DNA from: Tricharina praecox
Lineage: Eukaryota
Length of the DNA stretch: 64,000 nt
Reading direction: 5' to 3'
NCBI RefSeq assembly: GCF_024521635.1
Contig: NW_026250420.1
Coordinates: 620,001-684,000, forward strand
The notes beneath the pieces are model-generated. The model was not told the DNA's origin, did not search any database, and was given only the letters and a program-made list of their open reading frames with translations. Position 1 is the stretch's first letter; the number at the start of each line of letters is the position of its first letter. Of the stretch, positions 50,608 to 63,200 are shown piece by piece. The position numbers were made by a program, and so were the translations under genes.

Positions 50608-51540
50608 TGGTTGGGGACATCTAGTGCCGGAGTAAGTGGACATTCGGATCAGAGGGAATTAAAATCCAAATGCGGTAACATATGAGCATTTATTAAATAC
50701 ATTTGATATGTTTTTTCACGCTCCATGGCCCCGCAGGGACCGAAAATCACAATATCTCGGCCAGTTTTTACCCGTTTTCTTCGATCAAACACTCACCTAG
50801 ACCACACTGGTGCCCTCATTCCATCAGTACCATTTTTCCACCGGCCCTATGCTGTTGACCAGATGTCCGCTGCCAACTCCAGAGCTCCATGGTCCCGCCG
50901 GGACCGAAAATCACAATATCTCAGCCAGTTCTTGCCCGTTTTCTTCGATAAAACACTCCTCTGGATCGCATGAGCATGCTAATTCCATCGGTTCCATTCT
51001 TCCACAGGTCTGTTACCATTGACCGCGCTTCCGCAGCCCGCTCCAGAGCTCCAGAGCTTCAGCGCTCCACAGCCCCACTGGGAACGAAAATCGCAATTTC
51101 TCGGCCAGTTCTTGTCAATTTTCCAGGGCGCAGATATACAAAGCTCATCAATAGGTTAGCGATAAGCTGGAATTGTAGCAAATTTGTAGGTAATTTTTTC
51201 CCATTTATGTACATAATATTCTTTGTCACAACAATTAGCCACCATATTATGCTGCCAAGACATCACTATCGGGTAATCAGGCGTGCCAAGACTTTCTAAT
51301 GAGGAACTCAGCCGTGCTAAGATTGGGCTGTGGCAGCCTTGCCCCTAGGCATTCCCGGGACCTCCCATACTAAATCATTTTTCGTTCATTTATCTTGGAT
51401 CTTGGTTGCCACTCAACCACAACGTTTAAAAAAAATTGGGCTCTTTGAAAGAGCTCTTTTTTTAATTAGGTTGTTGTTGTGCACTAACCGAACGTCAAAA
51501 GTGGGAGTGAAAAAACTCCGGGTCTAGATGTCCCCAACCA
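50608..51540. mobile_element. Non-autonomous TIR DNA element (MITE-like), 933 bp, with internal 164-bp tandem repeats
   Basis: 26-bp TIRs TGGTTGGGGACATCTAG(TG/AC)CCGGAGT (24/26 match) at 50608-50633 and 51515-51540. Flanks are TG and TA. Internal repeat units start at about 50720, 50884 and 51064. Confidence 0.82.
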
Positions 51541-52309
51541 TATTCTCTCGTTGGACTTTGGACTGCGGGCTGACCAGGACTCTCCGACTCATGCTGTCAA
51601 CATAGGTAGCACAGGCGCTAGTTACCTTCATCAGATTGATTAGATAAACCACGAAAAGCTGTGAGTCTGCGACGTACCTATTCTCTCTTTGGACTGCTGC
51701 CTGACAAGGACGCTCCGACTCATGCTATCCACCGGTAACTAGGGAGGGGGCACGGGGATCGAGTGACATAACCCTGAAAGGAAGGGGGCGAGAATTTAAG
51801 ATGATGGAGAAGTTGAGGTTGTATTCATCTTCGAAGAGCCATCTAATATGGTTCCTCTCTGCTGCCTACAACGTTGGTGCCACTCAATGCGGCTAGTCCG
51901 GCTGACACATCACTCGGATCCACCGGATCCGACTAGGAAGTACATAATCTCTCCTCTCCCATGGTGGCAGACAACATCGAGGCGCCTCTGTGTCGCGGCG
52001 AGCATCGGTATGGAGCGACCTGGTGTTAGTTATGGGGGGCGTGACTAGTGCAGACCTGATGCGGTTGTTGAACGTTGAATTGTTTTCTGTTGTGGAGCAA
52101 CAGCAACAGCAGTGAGAACCTACCTACTGCGAAACTCGCCTTCACAACATGGGGCTTGAAGATGATGGGTTCCGTTAGCCTTCGCTCTCCGTGATGCGAC
52201 ACAGAAGGTACCGGCACGAATACGGTGAATCATCAAGCGGGGGGGAAGATATAACGGAGGATCATTATTGATTCAATATTCAGTACTAATTCGATTGATA
52301 CTCCACATT

Positions 52310-53006
52310 TTACCGATGGGTGCTTTGCTTCCGAGCCTTATTGATGTAATCCAAGCATTTCCCAAGTTTGGTTTCTTCCGGCTTGTTGATCCTCGCCACG
52401 TTTTGGCAGTTAGGCTCTTCACATATAGGATCTCCAAAGTCGTGGTCGGAATCAGAAGGGTAGTCCTCAGGTAGCACCTCCACCCCAAGGGTTCCCCAGA
52501 GGCTTGCACACTTGACCATCCAGCTCCTCCAATTTAGTTCGTGACCATCTGATTCGGCGGGGACCACATCCGCTTTGGGGGGTAAGAACCGTAGACATAA
52601 TCTGCCAGATGGCAGTATTCGTGTGCGACTAATCCGAAGAATTTGGCTATATTACGATCCCGACTCAGCATCCATCCAACCCCGACAATCGGTGCACACG
52701 CTTACCGGACGACCTCACAGCACATCTCTTAACAAGAATAATCAGACCATAGTCACAGTACGCCAAACCACGATAACCCTTGGTCTGGGCCCTACAATCG
52801 ACTATGACGGCGATGCCACGGCTCCCCTTCTCGCGGGAGTAATTTGCGACTCCGCGGTCACACAGCTTCCAATCCGTGAAGTCGATAAACATCTTTGCGA
52901 GCTCTTCGAGATTATTTTTGTACGGGGCATACAGCGCCTTCCTCCAGGATTTGATCAGACGGAGATCCGCGGCGGTCGATTGTTCTGCGTAGATGGGCAG
53001 TTTCAT
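52310..53006 (-). CDS. Divergent SprT-like (GCNA/Spartan-type) zinc metalloprotease, about 212 aa if the frame is restored; exons 53006-52706 and 52646-52310; frame change at 52573-52582 (possible pseudogene or assembly error)
   Basis: TATAAA 120 nt upstream and GCCATG start. Removing intron 52705-52647 (GTAAGC..TAG) gives GLAYCDYGLIILVKRCAVRSSAKFFGLVAHEYCHLADY (HExxH). The -1 frame continues DGHELNWRSWMVKCASLWGTLGVEV, resembling the recalled fungal GCNA segment PHGxEFKxWAxKCxxxFGxxGIxV. Confidence 0.7.
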
Positions 53007-53125
53007 GGCAGATAGCGGATTGCGGTTGAGATGGGCGGTGGTTCGTAGGCGGTGGAGCGAAGTACAGCGTTCGTTAACCGCTGTGGTTGAAAATGTTGGA
53101 GCTGGAACTGTGGGCCACCGTGGGC

Positions 53126-53131
53126 TTTATA
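53126..53131 (-). promoter_or_regulatory. Candidate TATA box of the SprT-like gene
   Basis: TATAAA on the minus strand, 120 nt upstream of the ATG at 53006. Confidence 0.4.
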
Positions 53132-55049
53132 CTGAATGATGAGAGGGAAGCAATGAGCCCCCGGGAAGCGACTGAAGCTGCGAAAATTTTGAGCAACCGG
53201 AAATTTGCTTCCCAGCAAACGGTTACCATCAACTTGAACCGTGGAGTCCCACTCGCTGCCGCTGCGGCCACAAAGTCATGGACGCGGTGTAGAGTACTTG
53301 ACAGCCTTTCAACAGACACCCAACCCCTCCGCCCGCCCAAACAGCGCAGCTTCCAGTGTCTTCTGCCTCCCGGGATCCCGCATACTCGCCCACCAGTAGT
53401 ACTGTTATTACATACCTCATACTTCCCGCCGAGCTTCCTCCCCGCCTGGTAAACATACTGGTTTCGAGTTCAGCTCAGTTCAACATGATCGGGCTGGTGC
53501 ACTACAGGTCTGCAAGCTCTTCCGAGGCCAACCGCAGACAATACAACTCCGCTCTAGCGGCCGGTTACAGCTCAAAAGTTCGAACTACTTGAATGAAATC
53601 GCCTTGTGGTGACTATCTAGGTAGTCTTGGAATCTTCCGAATGTACTTCGTGTGTTTTGGAAGTACTCATTGGAACACCGCATCGAGGTCGATAAGCACT
53701 GACCATTATTTGCAGAGTACAGATAAAGGCTGCCGAATTCTGATTCCTTAGAGTACCTAGAATTCCGATAACCCTGACCGTTGGGCCACAGTTCGGCGAT
53801 GGGACACCACGACTACCTGGTACATACCACGGAGCACTGGTGATCACTCCAAAACTCCACAGCCCCACAGTCTCGCACCCTAACTCCGGATACCGGTCAG
53901 AACCATGATCCATCTTGATCGGCGCCCGGGACGGGAGATGTACATACGGTGCACGCCTTCCAAGGCACTACCACGGTTAACATGCCTGTGATACCGTACT
54001 CCACGCCACGCCGTGAACGCTTCACCTTCGTTGGCCGAGGAATCCTCCGCCGACTAGAGAAAGCGAGTGACGCCCCATGTATCCCCTACAGTACATGGCG
54101 AACACTAATAACTATCGCCGTTCCTGAATCCTCTGTCAGCACTTCCCATACTCAGTATGTACCAGTACTCGCACAGGCTGCGATCTTCTCCTGAGTCTTC
54201 TCGGACATCCCAGGGTACACGAGGCAGGGAGCGTATGTAATCATTGGCTCTCACGGAGTCACGGAGGCTCGCCGTCGAACACCGCCCTCCCTCCCATACG
54301 AGAAACGCCCCTGGAGGCTGGTGATGATGATGAAAGAGTTGATCGATCCGATCCTCCACGTCGCACCAGGCCGTGCCGTGCCGTTAGTGGCTAGAAGAAC
54401 GGAAAGAAGCTTCCGTTCCCCGGAATCTTTGGGTTCGGATGTTGCGCTCCCCCTCCCCACACGCTCCCCGTCCAATGGCTCGGCCCGGACCGGACCCACA
54501 GCGAGCCGAGTCGAACGCTACAGCGATGGAGAAGGGAGCGCGCTGCGCGCCGACGTAGTTTCTGCGGCTCTGAGCTCTGCCGGAATATGGAGGAGGATCT
54601 CCGTCTGCAAGCACAGCGGCACTGGCTATCAAACTGCAATGTCTATGCCTTGCCTTATCTACCTACCGTATGAGGTTTAGATTGGCATTCGCTTGGTGAA
54701 TTCTGCATCGGTGCTCCATCTTGAAGATTAAGGTACCGAACGTTGAATCGCTGCTGATCATGCTAGATGAATCGTGACTCCCAAGTGACGACGAGTGATA
54801 CCACCTCTCCCTTCGATAATTGCACTTCCGGCTCGCGATCTGTATGATACTATGATATCTTCTCTTATTGACCGTACTGGTATCGCTACACGTCGTCGTC
54901 ATGGCCCACCCACCGCCCGCCGCTCACTGCCCACCGCTCGCCAATCGCAAATCGCAAAAAAAGAAAACCCAACTCCCAAACTCCAGCCGCCGCACCCAAA
55001 TGAACACAAAAAAAAATAAAAAATACCAAAATACCAAACCTAGATCACA

Positions 55050-55960
55050 CTAAAGTCCTACACGATCTAGCACGCCCCTCCATCCACTGACGACCTTGTA
55101 TCCGCGGCCAACCACGGGCTTCGGCTTCCGCGGGCCGTCGCGGTAGATGACGTCGACCACGATCGTTGCCAGGATCATCGCTTGCAGCAGCAGTGTGCCG
55201 ATCAGTGCCCATCTCGCCGCGAGCTATCGTCGTCATTAGTATCATTGCAGCGAGTGAGCGAGCGAGCGGAGAAGAGGGGACCCACCATCTCACCGCACAG
55301 GAACGGAAAGTCGATCTCGACGTCGTTCCAAGTCTGTTGTTTCGCCACACACACCCAGAACAGCGTCGGCGTATCGCCCCTGTTCGTCTTCCTATCCAGC
55401 GCCACCGCGGCGATGACCATGCTCAAGCAGACGCCCGTGATTGTCAACGCCGAGAACTTATGCGCCGCGGTGCCCAGCTTCCTAACATTGACCTTGATGG
55501 AGGCGATAAAGAACGCGAGGTCTGCAGCGAACGTGACAACCGCAGCCGCAAGCATGACATACGTCGCATCGAAGAAGATATCTCTCGGCCAAACATTAGC
55601 TGCGTCGCCCTGCTGCTCATGCGTCGCCGCCTGCGTCGACGTGTACGTGTACAGCACGCTGCCGATGCTGCCCAGCGTGGTGCCGGACGCGATCATGCTC
55701 GTGATCCGCAGCGTCAGCCGCGTGCGGTAGTTCAGCTTGTGGTAGTCCAGCTTCGAGATGAATTTGCGCACGCCCTGTTTCGTCGGCATTCCTGTGCGCC
55801 GCCGCCGTGGCTTCTTCGGCTTCGATTGAGAGACGAGCGGCTCCGCGGCTGGGCGCCCCGAGGATTCGTCTTCGCTGAAGTCCTCGTGGAATAGGCTGGC
55901 GCTGGAGCGCCCGAGCGTGCTGATGTCGCGGAGACCGCCGGTGGGGTCCATTACTGCCAT
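55050..55960 (-). CDS. Hypothetical 4-TM membrane protein (MARVEL-like topology), about 282 aa; exons 55960-55286 and 55223-55050
   Basis: Strong coding bias and ACAATG start. Three hydrophobic segments lie in exon 1. Removing intron 55285-55224 (GTGGGT..ACTAAT..TAG) adds a fourth (WALIGTLLLQAMILATIVVDVIY). Loop cysteines in WVC and FLC. Confidence 0.8.
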
Positions 55961-57695
55961 TGTTGCGGAGTGGGTTGCGGAGTGTGTTTCGGTCGTGTGT
56001 TTCAGTTCGGCTCGGGGGAAGATTCGTTTCTGGAGCTCTGAGGTCGTGGGATCGTGAATAAGTGGGGAGCCAGCCCCCGCAGTTTATGTACTCTCGCAAC
56101 TTCTGTTACAACACATTCACCGGGGGCAGGAGGGGAGGGGGGGTGGTGGAAAAAACAAAGTCCACGCCGTCCAATTGGACTACCGTTCTTACTCTACCAC
56201 GTCAGCCATTGCTTGATTCGATTGGCATGCACGAGGGGAATCAGCCCTACCTCTATCGTTCTGCTTATGGATGCGTGGCTGGGATCCTCGGTCAGCGCTG
56301 TGCTTGCAAGTTGCAAGTTGCAACTCGCAAGTTGCCGTGCGACTGCGGGGAGGAGCCGGGGATGCTGATCGCACCCGAAATAGCAGCAGCAAGTAGCTTC
56401 AGCCACAATGGGTCGTGACAGGAACACCACAATGCACACACCTCTCATGATTGGGCCTTGTCCGGCGGCCAATCCGCCAATGTGGCTGGGGCGTTTCAAC
56501 TTTCGAGCGTCGGACAGTGGACACGGCGGACTCTCTCAGTAACTATCGCCGCCTAGGTCAGCACAGCTAATTGTGTGTATATAGATTAACCCCATAACGT
56601 GAGACTACTCTACTCTACATAATGCCAGCAGCCGGTTACTCGCCCGCCCGCGCGTCCGGTGGTCTTGTAACAGTTGCACGCCAGTCCTGCTCCGCCACCG
56701 GGAATTCGAATTCGAATCCCATCCCGTCGTGCCTGCTCAATGCTCACTTCACTGTTCAAAGTTCAGGCGCCCCGTGGGCCCGTCCCAAAAAGTTACCTAC
56801 ATAGCGGAATCTGAGACACTACCTATTTGGGAGATGTTGGAAGGTGATAGGTACCGGACGGCTGGATCGCATCACGCCACTTTCCTCGCGCCGTCTGCGG
56901 TCTGCCTGGAGGCTGAGGGCTGAAGGCTGAAGGCTGGATGACCGGAACGCCCGACACACAGAGGGAGAGAGACAGAGAGAGAGAAAATATCGATTTGTTT
57001 CGCATACGGTTCAGCCTTTCCACTACTACCGTAGTACTAGGTAGAAGCCTTTCCCGACCGCCCGCCCGCCGCCCCCCAGAACTCCAGAGGGGCGGATCTC
57101 GATTCTCGCTACCGGTAACTACGAAAGTTGCCGTACAGTCCAAACACACGAACGCCCGAGAGAGACAGAGAGGGAGAGAGAGGGAGAACATCGATTATTG
57201 TCGCACACGGCCTTTCCTCGCTCGGGCGACCCTGGTACCACACGAACCGCGAGCGCCTTTTTTTCCGCCAACGAAACTGCACTTCCCAGCACCAGGAGCC
57301 AATTCCGAATGACATTCCATGAACAACGCCTCGACTGGACATGAGCACACACGGAGTCACGGACGCGTACAATTATCAACGAGCAGCAACAGAGATTCAT
57401 TACGCCATCCAACCCCCCAATCCCAACCATTCATCCATCACCAATCATTCCCATACGATGCAGCCGTTACAAGTAAAAAAGAAAACACAAGATCCATCGG
57501 TCCGTCATATGTAAGTAAGTAGGTCGGCCCCCCAAGCTTCCACCTACACAAAAGTCGTATGTACAATGCACAATGCACAATCCCCAGCCGTTAAAGTATA
57601 CAGAGATGCTAGAAAAAATACAATTGAAAGAAAAAGGAAGAAAAAAACCAGATCGCGAAGACAAAATAGCCGTCTATGTGCTCGTACTTGTACAT

Positions 57696-60094
57696 CTATT
57701 TCTGCCCATCAATCGGGAAGCGGTCGAGGAACTTGAACGTCTTAAGACCTGTCTCAAAGTCCGCCACGAAGCTGGAGTCCTTGCTGAACCGATCGGTGAT
57801 GTAGACTCCGGTGCCGTTGGTTGTGACGGCAGCAGCGACCAGACCGGCCCGTCCAATGCCGACACCGCCGACGGGCTTGCCGTAGTTGTAGGCATCGCGA
57901 ACGATCTGCGTGGGGCGCCCGGCGGGGAAGAGAGTCGACTTGGCCAGGAAGAGGTCCTTGGTTCCGTCCGTGACGATGATGCCGTCGAACAGGACCGCAT
58001 CGGCTCCCGTGTAGGTGCTTCCGACACCATTAGTCAAAGTCTCGGCGATGACGGTGGGGTTCGCGCCCTTCGCCTTGAAAGCGGCCGCGATCTCGGCCGC
58101 CTGTGCGAGCGAGGCCTTGGAGCCGGTGGTCGCCAGGATACCGATGTTGAGGGTGGCGATGCTGGCCAGAGGTGTACCGAATACTGCGACACCTGCGGTC
58201 GTGTTGTCGTGGTAATACTTGGAGTCGGGCCTGGGAGCGGGCTGTCCGAGGGCCTGTGCAACGCGGGTGGCGAGGTCGTTGGAGATCCTGTTGAACTGGG
58301 CGATGGCGCGTGCCTGGACGGTCTTCGACTTGACGTTTCCGAGCTCGAAACGGGCACTGTTGACAACCATCTGCTGCTCGGGCTTCGAAAGGGAGTTCCA
58401 GAACAGACGGGGCTGGGTCCAGTAGTCGAGGAAGGTGGGCGAGATCTCACGGACGTAGTGAGCGTCGACGACCTTGCGGGCAGGGGCAGTGAAGAATCCC
58501 TCTCCTTGGGTCTGGTTCGCGGCGAAAGGAGAGCCGGCGTTCAGCGAGTTCTCGCTGTAGGGGTAGATGTTCTCGTGGATCATCTGCTGGCCAGCACCGT
58601 CGCGGTGGTTGTTGTGGACTGCAACTCTGGGCCTGTTGATGGGAATCTGCTCAAAGTTGGGAGATCCCATGTTGCGGTTGATCTGAGTGTCGACGTAGGA
58701 GAAAAGTCGGCCCTGCAGCAGAGGATCGTCGGAGAAGTCGATACCACGGACGACGTGGCCGGGGCAAAACTATCGTGACGGTCAGCATTTCGAACCTGAC
58801 CGACGGGGAGAGAGAGTGATCTGCTTACCATCGACTGTTCGGTCTCGGCAAAGTAGTTGCGGACATTCTTGTTGAGGACAAACTTTCCGATCGGAGTGAT
58901 GGGAACGTATTCAACGGGAACAATCTTGGTAGGATCCAACAAGTCGAACCCATACCGAAGGACGTCCTCCTCGTCCATGATCTGAACACCGACCTCCCAC
59001 TCAGGGTAGTTTCCGCCCTCGATAGCGTCCCACAGGTCCTGACGGTGGAAGTCAGGGTTCTTACCGGCCAAAACCTGTGCCTCGGGCCAGATCAAAGAGG
59101 CTAGGCCCTGTTGTGTCTTGAAGTGGAACTTGACCAACTTGGACTCTCCGTCATCGTTCACGAAACGGAAGGTGTGCACACCAAAGCCATCGATATGCCT
59201 GTAGCTTCGGGGAATACCATGGCCGGAGAGTGCCCACAGCAGAGTGTGCATGGTTGAAGGGTTCATTCCAAAGAAGTCCCAGGCACTGTCGTGAGCCGTG
59301 GCAGCCTGGGGAATCTCCTTGTCAGGACGCGGCTTCACCGCATGGATCAAGTCGGGAAACTGTATTGCATCCTGGATGAAGAAGACGGGTACGTTATTGC
59401 CAACGATATCTAACCCCGGCAGTCAGTATACAACCCCTCAACGAGACGTCTTGAAGTTGGCATACCATAGTTTCCCTCATCAGTATAGAAACGTAGAGAA
59501 AATCCATGGACGTCTCTCGCAGTGTCGGCACTTCCACGGGATCCAGCAACGGTGGAGAATCTTAAGAAAATGGGCGTCTGCTTTCCGGCCTTGCCCAAGA
59601 AAGAGGCAGCGGTGACATTGGACCAATCGCCGTACGACTCAAAGTAACCATGAGCTCCTGCACCACGTGCATGAACTAAGCGACCGACCGTCAGCATCAA
59701 ACACAAACTATCACTAGCACCACCACCAGCACCACAATTATCACCACCACCACCCCGCCCTTCCCGGCGCAAACTCACCAGCTCTCTCAGGTATACGCTC
59801 ATGGTCGAACCGCGTAATCTTAGTCCGCAACACGAAATCCTCCAACAGAGCACCGCCTCTTGCGCCGACCTTGAGGGTATGGCGGTCATCGACGGGGGTG
59901 CCGAAGTCGGTGGTCATGTAGGTATTTGAATCGTCGACGGTGAACTGGTCAAGGAATCCATCGTCGCCGGTGACCTTTTCTTCACGGTTCCGGAGCTGGC
60001 CTTCGTCGTCACTGCCGCCGGCCTCCATGAACGGGCATGCTGCCGAGGCGAGCAATGCGTTGACGACAATGCCACTGAGTAATGAGATCCTCAT
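57696..60094 (-). CDS. catB: Secreted large-subunit monofunctional heme catalase (CatB/CAT-3 type), about 726 aa; exons 60094-59779, 59675-59466, 59409-58829 and 58769-57696
   Basis: Signal peptide [22 protein letters not shown]. Distal His motif [38 protein letters not shown], proximal ligand [11 protein letters not shown], and a C-terminal DJ-1/GATase-like domain ending [10 protein letters not shown]. Three GT-AG introns. Confidence 0.97.
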
Positions 60095-60218
60095 CTTCGA
60101 TGTATTGGTAGAGGGGAGGTCGTGGACGGTTGAGCTGGGCTGTAGGTCGGGTCAAGCAAGCAAGCAGTTCCGATCAGTGCTCGTTAAGCAGACGCTCGGA
60201 GGGGACGGGCGGGTGGGG

Positions 60219-60224
60219 TTTATA
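60219..60224 (-). promoter_or_regulatory. Candidate TATA box of the catalase gene
   Basis: TATAAA on the minus strand, about 125 nt upstream of the ATG. Confidence 0.5.
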
Positions 60225-63200
60225 TGTAGTGACAGGCAGGCAGGCCACTACACTGAGACCTGTGCTGGGGGAGCAGTGGACAGAAGGATCGGAAAGCGGA
60301 AGAAGATGTCTGAGGAATCGCCCGGGGGTGGTGGGGATGGGGGCACCCAGCGGAGAGGTCTAGGAGCCGGCTTGGTCGATGGACGGATGGCTGCTCAGTT
60401 GGGGCTAGGATGCCAGCCGAAGTCGGACGTTTACATATGCGACGAACAGATCCACCCGCCATGTCGACCACCGCTGCAAGTCCACTGCCGCCTTCTCCCC
60501 CGCCACACCACCACCTCCACCCACGGCCATGGATTATTTAGCACCAATTCTGCGTCTATTTGGCCAATCCGAGTCCCGAGGACACAATTGCCCATGTATG
60601 CCGACCGGATATGATTGGAACACGTGCATGCAACTGTCTCAATCTTTTTTCTCTCTGGGTCGGGGGGTGGGGGGCCTGGATCGGAGCAGATCTATAATGG
60701 AACTTCGGACACTGGTCACTGGTTGCTGTTGCTTTGCTTGCCTCTTCTCGGGATTGGCTGGCTGGTATGTATCATACGTGCTCTACATGCATACCTAAAA
60801 GTAAGTACTGAGCTATGTATTGTACCTGTGTAGGTATGTCCCGGAGCAGGTATATTTCCGCAGGGGACTGAGCACGCACGACGCAGAGGTTCGAGTGGAA
60901 TGAAGGAAGGGCTCACAGCGGTAGTTAGTTGGTTTGGAGGTAGCATATGTATCAATGCGTCTCCGATCCAGGGTTCAGCACCAGGTCCACTAACCACTGG
61001 CGTGTATTGCTTGAAGCTGCGGGACGGTGCATGCATGACGCAACACATAACCAAGCGTCATACAAACTTTTTTGGCGCGTGTCCGCTCCACTCGCCTGGG
61101 GGGGGGGGGGGGGGGGGGGGCATGTGTACTCTACTGTAGTTACCGGAGTATTGAGAGCGCGTAAGCACACTGTGATTGCATGGGAAATAGATACAATAAA
61201 ATGACCCGTGCTATATCACACAATCAAGATCGATGTTCGGCGAGAGCAGGATTATTGCTCGCACAGCAGCAATCGGCACTGCTTCACTGCTTCACTACTT
61301 CGCCGCGGTTTGGCCTTTCGTGGAGTGCTCAGTGCACTCCGCAGATATAGCTCGGCGGCGAATGCCGTGGAGAACTCACTAGACGGCATGCGGGCTTGCG
61401 GTACTGGCTGTGGAGAGTTGAACGCAGCAGCAAGGCAAAGGAAAACAGACCAGAGGAAAACAGGCAACTGCCTGTCGACCAAGGCATGTAGATGCAATGC
61501 ATCACGGTGGAGCCTGGCAAGTACCTCTGTATCAACCTATGTATGTAGGTATCATACTATGGCCAGGTCCGTGGAGTATCGAGAGCCTTGGCGAGCAAGG
61601 CTCTGCCTGCGGGATTTCGGTAGCTCGGACACCCAGTCAGTCAATCAACCAGTCAGTCGCCGAGGAAAACGTACATCCTCAACTTCCGACTTCCGTCTTG
61701 TGGGTCCCGCCGGTGACTGATTACATAGCAGCACCAAGCTTCCGGCGATGGGGATTGTCAGCCCACCGGTTGGTTGTTTGGTTGGTTGGTTTGCTCGACA
61801 AACCGGAAAGGCCAACCGCCTCTCAGCCGATCCGGAAACTTGGAGGCCGCCGCCTCTCAGCTACATATACCTACCCACATACATACGTCCATCTCAATCG
61901 AATGTTTTGACGGCGAACGGATGTTCCGTTCTCGTTGTCGTCGACCTGGGACCTGGGGCCTGGATCTGGAGACTCGATGCAGAGACGTTGAAACTTGAAA
62001 GTAAATACTTACGTATGAAAGATCGTCCGCGCTAGGGTCCTAACAAATCAATCGCAGCCCAGTCCAGCCCCAGCCCAGCAGATGAGAAAGCACGGTATTC
62101 TAGATCGATAGATAGATAGAGCACCCGACCCATAAGCGACGGTCACGGCGGTGGATATATCGAAGGCACATCGTATCTGTGTGGAAGACTCTACTACCTT
62201 TTCCCATACCGACTGCCGAATCCCGACAATGTGCTGGCAGATCCCAATATCCATATCTCGTCTATGTCAAACAGGAAAGTCCCGTGAGCGTGAGGGGACG
62301 AATCGGCCTCAGCGAAGGGCTGTACCCCGGATGGGCCATGCGGCAAGGTGTGTAGAGTACTCTACACACCTACCCACCTACCTATCGCCGCAGATTGGAG
62401 TGCCATGCGTTGGTTAGCTTTCCAGTTGCGACTTCAAACGGAGGAATGCGTGCGCTCGAAATGATGTCTAACTAACCTGCGTTGCGTCGTCTGGGGAGAG
62501 GCTCGGGGGCTCCGGTTCCGCGCGTCCAAAGGATCAAAGATCCCATCCGTCCGTGCGCCCAAGCCTCTCCCGGCCGTATGATACCGTGTGATGTATGTAC
62601 AGGTATGCTGCCAGCCAGCCCGCCGACTACTCTACCGCAGGCACACACTCCAGCGGCACAGACAGCGACGCTCTCCGTTCGACTCTCCGTACGTTCGCCA
62701 AAGTTATGGTTTTGGAAATGACCCCACGCCGGCAATTTATAGCGACCCCTATCCATCTGTTGATCCAAATTCCAAGACAACTCCGATCGGAGGGCGTCGC
62801 TCCCGAGAATAGGTAGGTAGCTACTAGCAGCCGCGCGGAGGTTGCTCGGTTGGTTGCGGACTTCCATGCAGCAGCGGCAGAATTCCAACGGCCCTTAAGT
62901 CAAGCCTGCCTACGGTTCGGAGGTCCCGGATTGGCCAATCATATGTGTGATAACTATGATGCATAACTGTGATGGTTATGCCGCTTTTTGATATCTGGCT
63001 GGCTAATCTCTTTGCCTGCCTCTCCCCCCTCCCCCATTCCCCGGTACTATGAATACTTCAACTAGCTGCTGTTGAGGTGGTAATGTGACAACCACCGCTC
63101 CCGATGGAGAAACTTCAAACCTCCAAGGCGGCTACCACCACCACCACCACCACCGCTCGACTCGGTTGCTCCGGAGGACGGGGACGGAAGTCGTAGCTTC

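Noticed and set aside
56955..57240. Two direct repeats ending in (TC)n on the minus strand, resembling family-2 tails
   Set aside because: Similarity is short, and the diagnostic hairpin and TSDs are not evident; left unclassified.
57573..58778. 401-aa plus-strand ORF
   Set aside because: Antisense shadow of the codon-biased catalase exon 4; no independent protein features.
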